From Nitrospirota bacterium (lineage in GTDB: Bacteria > Nitrospirota > Nitrospiria > Nitrospirales > NS-4), in NCBI GenBank assembly GCA_963788195.1, contig CAWBGA010000013.1, forward strand, positions 316,227 to 380,226: DNA of 64,000 bases, written 5' to 3'. The notes under the pieces were generated by a model that was not told the origin of the DNA, did not search any database, and saw nothing but the letters and a program-made list of their open reading frames with translations. The number at the start of each line of letters is the position of its first letter. Position 1 is the stretch's first letter. A program made the position numbers and the translations under genes. Shown piece by piece: positions 21,030-29,467 of this stretch.

Positions 21030-21362
21030 ATGGACACTTACTATCATCCACACGATTTGGCAAAGTTCCCCCACATGGGCAAGGGAAACAAGGAGCTATG
21101 GGACAAGTTCATGAGCTACTACAGCGCCGTCTTTGCTGAGGGTGCTTTGACAGAGCGAGAAAAGGCTCTGATCGCGCTAGGGGTCGCTCACGCGGTGCAG
21201 TGTCCCTATTGCATTGACGCCTATAGCCAGGGGTGTCTGGAGAAGGGCTCTAACGTTGAAGAAATGACCGAAGCCGTCCATGTGGCCTGCGCCATTCGGG
21301 GAGGAGCCTCCCTCGCCCATGGGGTGCAGATGCGTAACGTGGTCGAGAAGTTGACCATGTGA
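21030..21362 (+). CDS. AhpD/CMD-fold, arsenosugar-biosynthesis-associated peroxidase-like protein
   Basis: MDTYYHPHDLAKFP...LTEREKALIALGVAHAVQCPYCIDAY (CxxC of the CMD family). Immediately upstream of the ArsS-like radical SAM gene. Confidence 0.65.
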   Translation: MDTYYHPHDLAKFPHMGKGNKELWDKFMSYYSAVFAEGALTEREKALIALGVAHAVQCPYCIDAYSQGCLEKGSNVEEMTEAVHVACAIRGGASLAHGVQMRNVVEKLTM

Positions 21363-21373
21363 TATCGTAGGGG

Positions 21374-22423
21374 TTGGAGATCATTGTGGCACTGAGTCTA
21401 CACGCCCGAAGCCACCCTTTGGCGGCTTCAGATGAGCAGTTGGAGCTGTTGGCGGCGGCAAAGAGTTGCCGTCCTTTTCACGCTACGATGGAGCAAGCGG
21501 GGCTGTCCCCGCTTTGCGCCAACGGCATCACGGTCTTTCAGATTAATGTAGGAAAGCTCTGCAATCAGACGTGTCTGCACTGTCACGTGGACGCGAGCCC
21601 GGACCGAACCGAGCAAATGACTCGCGAGACAGCCGAACTGTGCATCAAAGCGCTGGCCAAGACTGATATCCCGACAGTCGACATCACCGGGGGAGCGCCT
21701 GAATTGAACGCCAATTTCCGCTGGCTGATCGAACAGTCGCGCGCGTTGGGGCGCCATGTCATTGATCGCTGCAATCTGACCGTCATGCTTCTGCCCTCGC
21801 AGGCCGATCTGGCGGAATTCCTCGCCCAGCATCGAGTGGAGATCATCGCGTCGCTGCCGTATTTTCGGCCGCCTCAGACCGATGCTCAGCGAGGCGACGG
21901 CGTGTTTGAAAAGTCCGTCCGTGCGCTCCAGTTGCTCAACAAGCTCGGGTATGGCGTCGAGGGAGGCCCGTTGATTTTGAACCTGGTGTACAATCCGGTC
22001 GGAGCGTTTCTACCGCCAAAGCAAGAGGCCATCGAAGCTCAATTCAAGAAGGAACTCCGCAAACAGTACGGCATCACATTTAATCGACTGTACACTGTCA
22101 CGAATATGCCGATCAGCCGGTTTCTGGACTTCCTCCTCGAAAGCGGGAATTATGAAAGCTATATGGAGAGATTGGCTAGCGCCTTCAACCCGGCAGCCGC
22201 GGATCGCGTGATGTGCCGGTACACTCTGTCGGTCGGTTGGGACGGAACCCTTTATGATTGTGACTTCAATCAGATGCTCGACTTGCCCTTAGGTTTTGAC
22301 GCGGCCCGGCACATCAGAGACTTTGAGCCGGCCACGCTTCACGCCCGCCGCATTGTCGTTGGGAATCACTGTTATGGTTGCACGGCAGGCGCCGGTTCGT
22401 CCTGCGGCGGAGCCATAACGTGA
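21374..22423 (+). CDS. arsS: Radical SAM/Cys-rich domain protein, ArsS-like
   Basis: Radical SAM cluster motif CNQTCLHCH. C-terminal Cys-rich motif CYGCTAGAGSSCGG. The true start may lie downstream of the track start. Confidence 0.7.
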   Translation: MEIIVALSLHARSHPLAASDEQLELLAAAKSCRPFHATMEQAGLSPLCANGITVFQINVGKLCNQTCLHCHVDASPDRTEQMTRETAELCIKALAKTDIPTVDITGGAPELNANFRWLIEQSRALGRHVIDRCNLTVMLLPSQADLAEFLAQHRVEIIASLPYFRPPQTDAQRGDGVFEKSVRALQLLNKLGYGVEGGPLILNLVYNPVGAFLPPKQEAIEAQFKKELRKQYGITFNRLYTVTNMPISRFLDFLLESGNYESYMERLASAFNPAAADRVMCRYTLSVGWDGTLYDCDFNQMLDLPLGFDAARHIRDFEPATLHARRIVVGNHCYGCTAGAGSSCGGAIT

Positions 22424-22450
22424 CGGTCTGCGACGGGTCCCTTCTAAAGA

Positions 22451-22473
22451 GCCGCCCCGTAGGACGGAGCGGC
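22451..22473. terminator. Hairpin between convergent genes (possible bidirectional terminator)
   Basis: GCCGCCCCGT-AGG-ACGGAGCGGC, a 10-bp stem with one mismatch. No strong U-tract. Confidence 0.35.
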
Positions 22474-22488
22474 CCGGTGAAAGTACTA

Positions 22489-22758
22489 CTACTCGACGAT
22501 GATCTTCCCATTGGCAGCGTCCACATAGACCTTGTGGGTCTTCTTGGAAGAGTCGACGATTTCAACCTTATAGGCCGCTTGGCCCTTCTTCTTGGTCATC
22601 TCGACTTCGTATGGTTTTCCCCCCGGAACGCTGGTGACGGCGGCTTTGATCGCGTCCTCCATTGACACGGTGGCTGTCAATGCCAATTCCTTATCCGATG
22701 CCCACACGGCACTGCCAAGACCGAAGATAAACACCGCACTCAATAGCAAATAGCGCAT
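22489..22758 (-). CDS. PepSY-domain periplasmic protein
   Basis: Signal peptide MRYLLLSAVFIFGLGSAVWA, then ISMEDAIKAAVTSVPGGKPYEVEMTKKKGQAAYKVEIVDSSKKTHKVYVDAANGKII. Confidence 0.7.
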   Translation of the reverse strand: MRYLLLSAVFIFGLGSAVWASDKELALTATVSMEDAIKAAVTSVPGGKPYEVEMTKKKGQAAYKVEIVDSSKKTHKVYVDAANGKIIVE

Positions 22759-22935
22759 TTTCTGCCCTCCTTTGTTTCGGCTCACGATATTCCCACACGT
22801 TATCTGATCGTGTTCATGAGAATCAAAACGCTGAAAGGGTTAGGAACCCCTTACCCACCTTAATTATATATTGCGAGCGCCAAACAGATTTGCTAACTGC
22901 ATTCTGGGTGGCTTGGCTTAACGAAAGGATGATCT

Positions 22936-23088
22936 ATGAACACCGTACTCCTCGTAATTTTGATCTTGCTGCTCGTGGGCGCACTGCCCACATGGCCATA
23001 CAGTTCGGGTTGGGGATATTATCCGAGCGGCGGCATCGGTCTCGTTCTACTGATCATTGTGATTTTGGCGCTGACCGGACGTCTTTAG
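22936..23088 (+). CDS. DUF3309-family small membrane protein (50 aa, absent from the ORF track)
   Basis: MNTVLLVILILLLVGALPTWPYSSGWGYYPSGGIGLVLLIIVILALTGRL. The LPTWPYS.GWGY.PSGG core is the DUF3309 signature as I recall it. Confidence 0.6.
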   Translation: MNTVLLVILILLLVGALPTWPYSSGWGYYPSGGIGLVLLIIVILALTGRL

Positions 23089-23284
23089 GCCTCACCGACG
23101 AGGTGGCACTCATGAGAGTGCTATCCCAGCCGGGCCTGTGAACCGCATTGAGAGCGGATCTGAGCCTGCTGGGCATATCTTGCTACTGAGCTATATTGAC
23201 GGCCATACCGCCTTTGCTGCATAGTGCTTTGCAATCTGCATTGCAGCGGTAACGGCCACGCATTTTCTCACCGGGAGTCAGAAT

Positions 23285-23686
23285 ATGTCTGAACCAACCT
23301 CCATCAATTCGACGTCCGACCAAAACCCCCGATCGCATGCCCTTCAGGCTCAAATCCATAAGCTGGAGGAACTGAGCCATCGGCCCTTGGATCCCGTTGC
23401 ACTTGCACGCTTTGATGATGAAACCGAAGCCATGATTCAAAGTCTCTTCGGGCCCACACACGAGCACCTGGAAACCTACAAGTATGCCAAGTTGGGGGAG
23501 GCTGCAGTGATGGTGAACCTCCCAGAGTCCGCGCAAGAAGACTCGGCGCAGAATCTGCCGAGCAAGGCGATCCAACAACGCCGCCAGGTGCTGGAAGGCT
23601 GTGTCGCCGACTTGCGTCCTGCCGAAGATAGCGAAGTCGCCGCCCTCAGCGGCGAGGATAAAGAAGATCCCCCCGGCATGAGTTAA
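23285..23686 (+). CDS. Hypothetical acidic 133-aa protein
   Basis: Intact ORF; no motif recognised. Confidence 0.4.
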   Translation: MSEPTSINSTSDQNPRSHALQAQIHKLEELSHRPLDPVALARFDDETEAMIQSLFGPTHEHLETYKYAKLGEAAVMVNLPESAQEDSAQNLPSKAIQQRRQVLEGCVADLRPAEDSEVAALSGEDKEDPPGMS

Positions 23687-23711
23687 TCGTTGTTGACCGG
23701 GGAGCGACAAC

Positions 23712-24118
23712 ATGGCTCAGCTAGGATTTCAGGCTCGTCGGGGAATTCCGTCCATGGCCGTGTCTCTTCGCGTCCTCGTCTTGGCTCTCAGTTTTGGCGT
23801 GGTCGTTGAAACTGCTGCCGTCGGGCCGTACTTTGAGAATGAACGAGCTCCAGGCGAGGGCACAGCAGGTCCGACCCCCGACTTCAAGCGTCCTGATCCA
23901 GCGGCAAAGCCTCCTCAAGTGGATCGGTTGGTCAAGGGGCGACTTGTACGAATCGATGGCTCTGTGTTCGTCGTCCGAGATGGAATCGCCGGCGAGGAGG
24001 TTAAAATGAGATCGAACAGGAGACCCGCATGGATGTGCTCCCGCAGATCGGCGATCAAGTGGAAGCTGAGTTGCTGTCAAACGGCAACGCCTGGTCCATA
24101 AAGCGAATAGAGAAATAG
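23712..24118 (+). CDS. Secreted protein with one copy of the same beta-rich module as 20178..21006, apparent frameshift
   Basis: Hydrophobic N-terminus, then VKGRLVRIDGSVFVVRDGIAGEEVK. At the A4 run 24003-24006 the plausible continuation (EIEQETRMDVLPQIGDQVEAELLSNGNAWSIKRIEK*) is in another frame and ends at 24118. Confidence 0.45.
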
Positions 24119-24272
24119 CAAAGTGAACGGCGTTCTCCCCGCCATGGTCAATCTACTCGGTAACGAAAAGCATCTCGTGCTTCAGCGTTCGACGGTCAAT
24201 CTCCTTTGGTATGGTAGACTACCGGCTGTTGCATTGGGCCGGCACTCCTAGCCGGAGCGCTGGAGAAGTGAG

Positions 24273-24683
24273 ATGATGCCGGAGCGGGAAGACGTGTTGC
24301 GAGAAGTAAGGAGCCTGCCGGCCGGCTGCGAGATGGACCGGGAGATCGGTGAGCGGATTATGGGCTTAAGCTCCGGGTCGAATCCTCCTCCGTACTCGAG
24401 CGATATCACGGCGGCATGGAGTGTCGTTGAGAAGATGGTCCGGTCCGACGACATGTATTTTAGCGCCCCGCATTACAAGGCCAAGCGGCAATCGCTGGGC
24501 CCATTGGGATATCCCGTGGGCACAGAGTGCTGGTACTGCGTGCTCAACAATAAGACCTTCAATAAAGTCGTGATTTGTGCGGATACTGCACCGCTCGCGG
24601 TTTGCCGCGCTGCCTTGGTATGTATCCGAGGCATCGGTCCAGCGCAGCCTGAAGAGCAGGCGTCCGTAAGGCGACTGCCTTAA
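24273..24683 (+). CDS. Phage ABA-sandwich-domain-like (BC1872-like) protein
   Basis: LPAGCEMDREIGERIMGL....PPPYSSDITAAWSVVEKM resembles the conserved N-terminal pattern of that family, from memory. Confidence 0.45.
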   Translation: MMPEREDVLREVRSLPAGCEMDREIGERIMGLSSGSNPPPYSSDITAAWSVVEKMVRSDDMYFSAPHYKAKRQSLGPLGYPVGTECWYCVLNNKTFNKVVICADTAPLAVCRAALVCIRGIGPAQPEEQASVRRLP

Positions 24684-25091
24684 ATGCCGTCCAGCCCTCA
24701 GGAAGAATCCAATCGCCAATTATTTCTCAAAGCTCTTCAGAAAGATCCCATCCAGTGCCCACGGCCCGGCTGCGGCGGGTCAGTACTGGCTCAGGACCTC
24801 TCCGCCGTGCACGATCGGGTGAAAACGTTCGAACTCAGGTGTGAGCGCTGCAACGGGAAAGATCAGATCGCGGGGCAGGAAGCGCCCGCGCAAACCTGGG
24901 ACGATACAGCCCTTCTCGACATTGCCTATGAACACCTCATGCATCAACCGGCGATCTGCCCGCATGACGGGATGACGGTCGTCTTTACATCCCTACCCAA
25001 TCCACGGCGCAAGGCCAGGTATCGGCTGTCCTGTTATTATTGCGGGCGTCAAGCGGAGATCGACTGGCCTCCGCAGGAATTCAGGCGGTAA
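24684..25091 (+). CDS. Cys-rich (two zinc-ribbon-like CxxC pairs) hypothetical protein
   Basis: CPRPGC...CERC and CPHDG...CYYC. ATG directly follows the TAA of the preceding gene. Confidence 0.45.
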   Translation: MPSSPQEESNRQLFLKALQKDPIQCPRPGCGGSVLAQDLSAVHDRVKTFELRCERCNGKDQIAGQEAPAQTWDDTALLDIAYEHLMHQPAICPHDGMTVVFTSLPNPRRKARYRLSCYYCGRQAEIDWPPQEFRR

Positions 25092-25097
25092 GAGCGG

Positions 25098-25502
25098 TTA
25101 TGGGGTTTCCGTCGGTTTCAATACCATCATGAACCGGTCCACGTCGATCGGTTTGATGATGTAGCTGCTCGCGTCAAGATCAAAGCTTTTGTGAATGTCT
25201 TTCTCGGCCTCGGAGGTTGTCAGAATCACGACCCGGATGTCTTTAAGATTGGGATCGCGGTTGATGTCAGTGAGCAGTTCCAACCCGTCCTTTTTCGGCA
25301 AGTTGAGATCCAACAGCACCAAGTCCGGGCGAGGCGCATCGGTGTAATGACCTTCCCGTCGTAAAAACGCCATGGCCTCCACGCCGTCTTTCACCACGCT
25401 AAGACTGGTGGGCACTTCGACTTCCTTCAGGACCTCGACCGTCAATCGGATGTCCCCCGGGTTGTCCTCGACCAAAAGAATTTCGACGGCGCGACCGCTC
25501 AT
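25098..25502 (-). CDS. Receiver-only response regulator (Rcp1-like)
   Basis: ILLVEDNPGDIRLT...LVLLDLNLPKKDG...VVILTTS...SYIIKP. Confidence 0.85.
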   Translation of the reverse strand: MSGRAVEILLVEDNPGDIRLTVEVLKEVEVPTSLSVVKDGVEAMAFLRREGHYTDAPRPDLVLLDLNLPKKDGLELLTDINRDPNLKDIRVVILTTSEAEKDIHKSFDLDASSYIIKPIDVDRFMMVLKPTETP

Positions 25503-25549
25503 TGTCGAAATCCCCTCACCGCGTGGTTGTGTCTTTCCGTGATCGCCTC

Positions 25550-25966
25550 CTATGCGTCCTTGATGGAATTCATCACCATCGTGAGCCGCTCCACATCGAT
25601 CGGCTTCGTAATGTAACAGTTTGCTGCAAGATCAAAACTCTTATTAATGTCGGGCTCGGCCTCCGAGGTCGTCAAAATGACCACCGGTATGGCCTTAAAA
25701 TCTTCAGTATTTTTGATCTCATTCAACATTTCAAGCCCGTTCTTCCTGGGTAGATTCAGGTCAAGCAAAATAAGGTCAGGCCGGGGGGCATCGAGATACT
25801 GCCCTTCCCGACGTAGAAACGCGATGGCTTCGACGCCGTCTTTCGCCACGCTGAGGTTATTCTTGACCTGCGCTTCTTTGAGCACTTCAGCGGTAAATCG
25901 AACATCCCCCGGATTGTCTTCGACGAGAAGAATCTCCATCGGTTTGCCGTTCGTCTGCGTGGTCAT
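25550..25966 (-). CDS. Receiver-only response regulator (Rcp1-like), tandem paralogue
   Basis: ILLVEDNPGDVRFT...LILLDLNLPRKNG...VVILTTS...CYITKP. Confidence 0.85.
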   Translation of the reverse strand: MTTQTNGKPMEILLVEDNPGDVRFTAEVLKEAQVKNNLSVAKDGVEAIAFLRREGQYLDAPRPDLILLDLNLPRKNGLEMLNEIKNTEDFKAIPVVILTTSEAEPDINKSFDLAANCYITKPIDVERLTMVMNSIKDA

Positions 25967-26092
25967 TTACCTCGGTCTCCTGTCTTTATAGAACGACAAG
26001 CGCGATCAGTGGTTCGAACGTATTGATTATGGTGGATTTTGCCCAGACCGCAACAGGCCGTTTGGTATACCGTCAATACTTTCGGGGCTCAC

Positions 26093-26683
26093 TCAGAGGC
26101 GAAGCACGTGCACCAGGATGCCGGTTCGAGTGCTGGTTTTGGTCTTCGCCATGATGTGCTTGATGTGCTCTTTGACCGTCTGCTCCGTCACCGTGAGAGC
26201 ATTAGCGATTTCCTTGTTGGTCCAGCCTTTGAGGAGGTGTTGCACGACAGATACCTCGCGATCCGTCAAGCGAAACAGCTCCTTGGCTTGTTCCATGATT
26301 GCCTCTTGACGCCGTCCGAGCTCCTCGATCGTGATCAGGATTCTGGACTTGCTCCCTGGCTGTTCCGGAAGCCCGAACCCGCACAGCAGCACGGGCCGGT
26401 CGGGGTCTCCGATAACGCGCTTCATCCGAAATTGCTCCCAGTCCTTGGCTTCGGTGCGAACCTGCAGCATCTTGATGATTTCGGTACAGAGTTCGACCAC
26501 CGGCGGGGGAAGACCCCCGTGCGCGCTCTTGTTGCCGCGGCCCTTGTTGATCCGGCCAAATAGCTCCCACGTCGGTCGATCACTATAAAGCAGCTGCATC
26601 GAGGAGGACAACATCAGGATCCCGGGGCCCATCCGCTTCTCGGCAATGCTCTCTGCGTGATCGTACAGATTCTCGTTCATCAC
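26093..26683 (-). CDS. LuxR-family regulator with an uncharacterised N-terminal domain
   Basis: C-terminal HTH LTDREVSVVQHLLKGWTNKEIANALTVTEQTVKEHIKHIMAKTKTSTRTG. Paralogue of 33830..34429. Confidence 0.8.
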   Translation of the reverse strand: MMNENLYDHAESIAEKRMGPGILMLSSSMQLLYSDRPTWELFGRINKGRGNKSAHGGLPPPVVELCTEIIKMLQVRTEAKDWEQFRMKRVIGDPDRPVLLCGFGLPEQPGSKSRILITIEELGRRQEAIMEQAKELFRLTDREVSVVQHLLKGWTNKEIANALTVTEQTVKEHIKHIMAKTKTSTRTGILVHVLRL

Positions 26684-26777
26684 CGGTTCTCCCCGGGGTA
26701 AGGCGCCGGAAGTGTAACAACGATACTTTGGTTAGACAAGCAGAGCACTTCTCCTTAAGGTCAACATCACGGCCATG

Positions 26778-27536
26778 TCAGTGATTGCAGGCCGGACCAT
26801 GCTGATGGGCGTGCCCCTGCGTCGGCCGGAGCTCCGGGACCGCCGAGCCCGGCAGCACGAGGCGGCTTTTTCCCCGCTGAGTTTCCTCACGAATCGCGGC
26901 GGAAACATCCTCCTCGCCCGCGACAACGATCCTCGGCTGGTCCGTCCCCTGGCTCGTCAGGTGCGCGGCGACCGCAGGGTGGTCTGCTGAAAAGCATCCG
27001 ATAAGACCGGTAATGAAACGATTGGATTGAAGCCCAGTGCCTGAGAACTGGGTGACCAAATGCAGGGCGAGGTCGACAACCTCCTGTGCCTCTTCCTGAC
27101 CGATTTTTTCCTGCGCCAGGTATGCTTTGAACTCCTTATGCAGATACTGGGAGAAAGCCGGGACAGTCGGGGCCGGGAAATGCAGCGGACTTAACAGCCG
27201 CCGGATGAACTCGAGTGCTGCAATCACCTCGCCGTCGAGAGCTGTGGATTTGTCGTGAAAGTAGCTGAAACAGACCACCTCAATAAGGTTCAGCAGGCCA
27301 GTGGCCTTCTCTGTGCCGACCTCCAATAGCTGCTGATACGTTCGCCGACGGTCCTGACGGAAGAGTTCGCCCACCCGGTGGCGTTGGTAGTCCGTGCCGG
27401 CCTCGAGATAGGGGCAGTCGGGCGGGCAGTGCAGAGTCGTCAAGCGATATTCCCCGCAGCACGCGGAGCAGATAGAGTCTGTCAGAGCGGGGCAGAAACG
27501 TTTGGCTTTCGCCGTATGGCAATAGGCGCACTTCAT
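26778..27536 (-). CDS. Hypothetical protein with an N-terminal Cys-rich zinc-finger-like motif
   Basis: MKCAYCHTAKAKRFCPALTDSICSACCGEYRLTTLHCPPDCPYL. Its ATG overlaps the TAA of the NHL gene (TAATG at 27534-27538). The track fuses it to the upstream gene in one 561-aa ORF. Confidence 0.5.
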   Translation of the reverse strand: MKCAYCHTAKAKRFCPALTDSICSACCGEYRLTTLHCPPDCPYLEAGTDYQRHRVGELFRQDRRRTYQQLLEVGTEKATGLLNLIEVVCFSYFHDKSTALDGEVIAALEFIRRLLSPLHFPAPTVPAFSQYLHKEFKAYLAQEKIGQEEAQEVVDLALHLVTQFSGTGLQSNRFITGLIGCFSADHPAVAAHLTSQGTDQPRIVVAGEEDVSAAIREETQRGKSRLVLPGSAVPELRPTQGHAHQHGPACNH

Positions 27537-28463
27537 TATTTCATATCGCGTCCGAGGCCGTTGATCTCCGCAACATTTGCGGCAAGATACGGCACCAGAA
27601 TGACATGGTGTTTGCGGTCGACCGCCAGCCCGGCCGGCGTTGTCAGAAATTCGGCGATGGTATGAATCCGCAATTGCGGGCCAATCCGAAAAATTTTGCC
27701 TTGGGAGTAGTCCGAGACGTACATGCTTCCACGACCGTCGAAATCGACGCCCATGAGGTTGCCGAAAGCGCGAGTTGAAAAACGAGTTCGAAAACAGCAC
27801 CTTGATCGCCCCGTCGGCGGAAATCTCCAGAATACTTCCCGTATTCCAGCTGACGACGATCAGGGCGCCGGTTGAGGGATGCACCGCAAGTCCGTGCGGA
27901 CCCGCCAGTGCCTTATTCTTGACGAACACGACCGGGCGGCCGGCGGACCGCAGGTCAACTTTATAAATCGTGTCGGTGCCCGAATCCGCGATATACAGCA
28001 GCCCATGGCCGTCGGAGGCCAGTCCCGTGAGAAAGTCCACCGGAAATGCGCTCAGGTCCACCCCCGGCACCGGGCGGCCCGATGGCAGCTCAAACCCGCG
28101 AACTTTATCAATGTCGGATACGTAGAGCGTCTTTCCCACAAGAGCCAGACCCCGGGGCGCATCGAGGGTCACTTTGTTTTGGCCACCTTCGATGAACTTC
28201 AGCTTGGTGATCTTGCCACCGACGTCGAGCTGGCTGATGAAGCCGTTATTATCGTGGCCGTCGGGGGCGCCATTCTGATTTGACACGTAGTACGTATCGG
28301 TGGCGGAATCGACGAGGACGCCCGCCGGATTGCTAAGGCCCGTAACTTGGAGGGCACGGGGATCGGTGGCCAAGGCGTGGACCCCCAAAACCGCCCAACA
28401 CAGAATTTTAACAATACGCGTCACGACGCAGCGTTCACTCCGGTTTTTGGCACGAAACGTCAA
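27536..28463 (-). CDS. Secreted NHL-repeat beta-propeller protein, one apparent frameshift
   Basis: Signal peptide (V)TRIVKILCWAVLGVHALA. NHL-like blades (PAGVLVDSATDTYYVSN, PRGLALVGKTLYVSD, LYIADSGTDTIYKV, PHGLAVHPSTGALIVV). The last blades (MGVDFDGRGSMYVSDYSQGKIFRI...PAGLAVD) are in ORF 27536-27754, another frame. The shift lies near 27755-27775. Confidence 0.65.
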
Positions 28464-28478
28464 AATGTACTCCGATTC

Positions 28479-28508
28479 TTGACTCCAAACAAGGGCCCTT
28501 GTTATGGT
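28479..28508 (+). promoter_or_regulatory. Candidate sigma-70 promoter for folD-metF-panB
   Basis: TTGACT 28479-28484, 18-nt spacer, TATGGT 28503-28508. Pattern match only. Confidence 0.3.
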
Positions 28509-28579
28509 GCAACCTCACGCCCAAACAGTCTTTTCGAACCCTCTTCCCGTAGAAGAGTTATGCGCTTACGGGCGGGGCC

Positions 28580-29467
28580 ATGGTGGCCGGAGGAACAGTG
28601 GCGGCTCAGCTGATCGACGGCAAAGTGCTTTCACAGGCAGTGCGGGACAAAATTGCCCAGGAGGCGGCCTCGCTTTTCGCCCGGAGCGGCGTAAAGCCGG
28701 GGCTCGCGGCGATTCTCGTGGGGCATGATCCCGCCTCAGAGCTGTATGTAAGGAATAAACAGAAGGCCTGCGAAGCCGTCGGGATCTATGTCGCCGATCA
28801 TAAGCTGCCTGAAAGCACCACGCAGGAAGAGTTACTGGCACTTATCGGCAAGGTCAACAAGGACCCCCGGATTCACGGGATCCTTGTGCAACTTCCGCTT
28901 CCCAAGCAGATCGACAGCAAGGTGGTGCTGGAGGCGGTCTCGCCGGAGAAAGACGCCGACGGTTTTCACCCCTACAACATCGGACGGCTCGTCGAAGGCC
29001 ATCCGCTATTTGAGGCCTGCACGCCGAAGGGCGTCATCCATATGATCGAGTCCACCGGCACGGGCATTGCGGGCAAACGAGCCGTGGTTGTAGGCCGAAG
29101 CAACATTGTCGGAAAGCCGGTGGCGCTGATGCTCCTGCATCGCCATGCGACGGTGACCGTCTGTCATTCAAAAACCAAGGATCTGCCGGCGGTTTGCCGC
29201 GAGGCCGACATTCTGGTGGTCGCTATCGGAAAGCCCAGGTTCGTCACCGCCGAGATGGTCCGTGACGGCGCAGTTGTCGTGGACGTAGGCGTCAATCGCA
29301 TGCCAGACGGAAAATTTGTCGGAGACGTGGACTTTCAAGCGGTGAGCACAAAGGCTGCCTGGATTTCGCCGGTACCGGGTGGTGTAGGTCCTATGACGAT
29401 CGCGATGTTGCTCCAGAACACGCTGGAGTCCGCGCAGCGTGCCGCGGTTGCAGGAGGTGACCGTTAA
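28580..29467 (+). CDS. folD: Bifunctional methylenetetrahydrofolate dehydrogenase/methenyl-THF cyclohydrolase
   Basis: AQLIDGK...PGLAAILVG.DPAS..YV..K...GILVQLPLP...PEKDADGFHP.N.G...CTP.G......GK.AVVVGRSNIVGKP...LL......VTVCHS.T...PGGVGPMT. Confidence 0.92.
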   Translation: MVAGGTVAAQLIDGKVLSQAVRDKIAQEAASLFARSGVKPGLAAILVGHDPASELYVRNKQKACEAVGIYVADHKLPESTTQEELLALIGKVNKDPRIHGILVQLPLPKQIDSKVVLEAVSPEKDADGFHPYNIGRLVEGHPLFEACTPKGVIHMIESTGTGIAGKRAVVVGRSNIVGKPVALMLLHRHATVTVCHSKTKDLPAVCREADILVVAIGKPRFVTAEMVRDGAVVVDVGVNRMPDGKFVGDVDFQAVSTKAAWISPVPGGVGPMTIAMLLQNTLESAQRAAVAGGDR

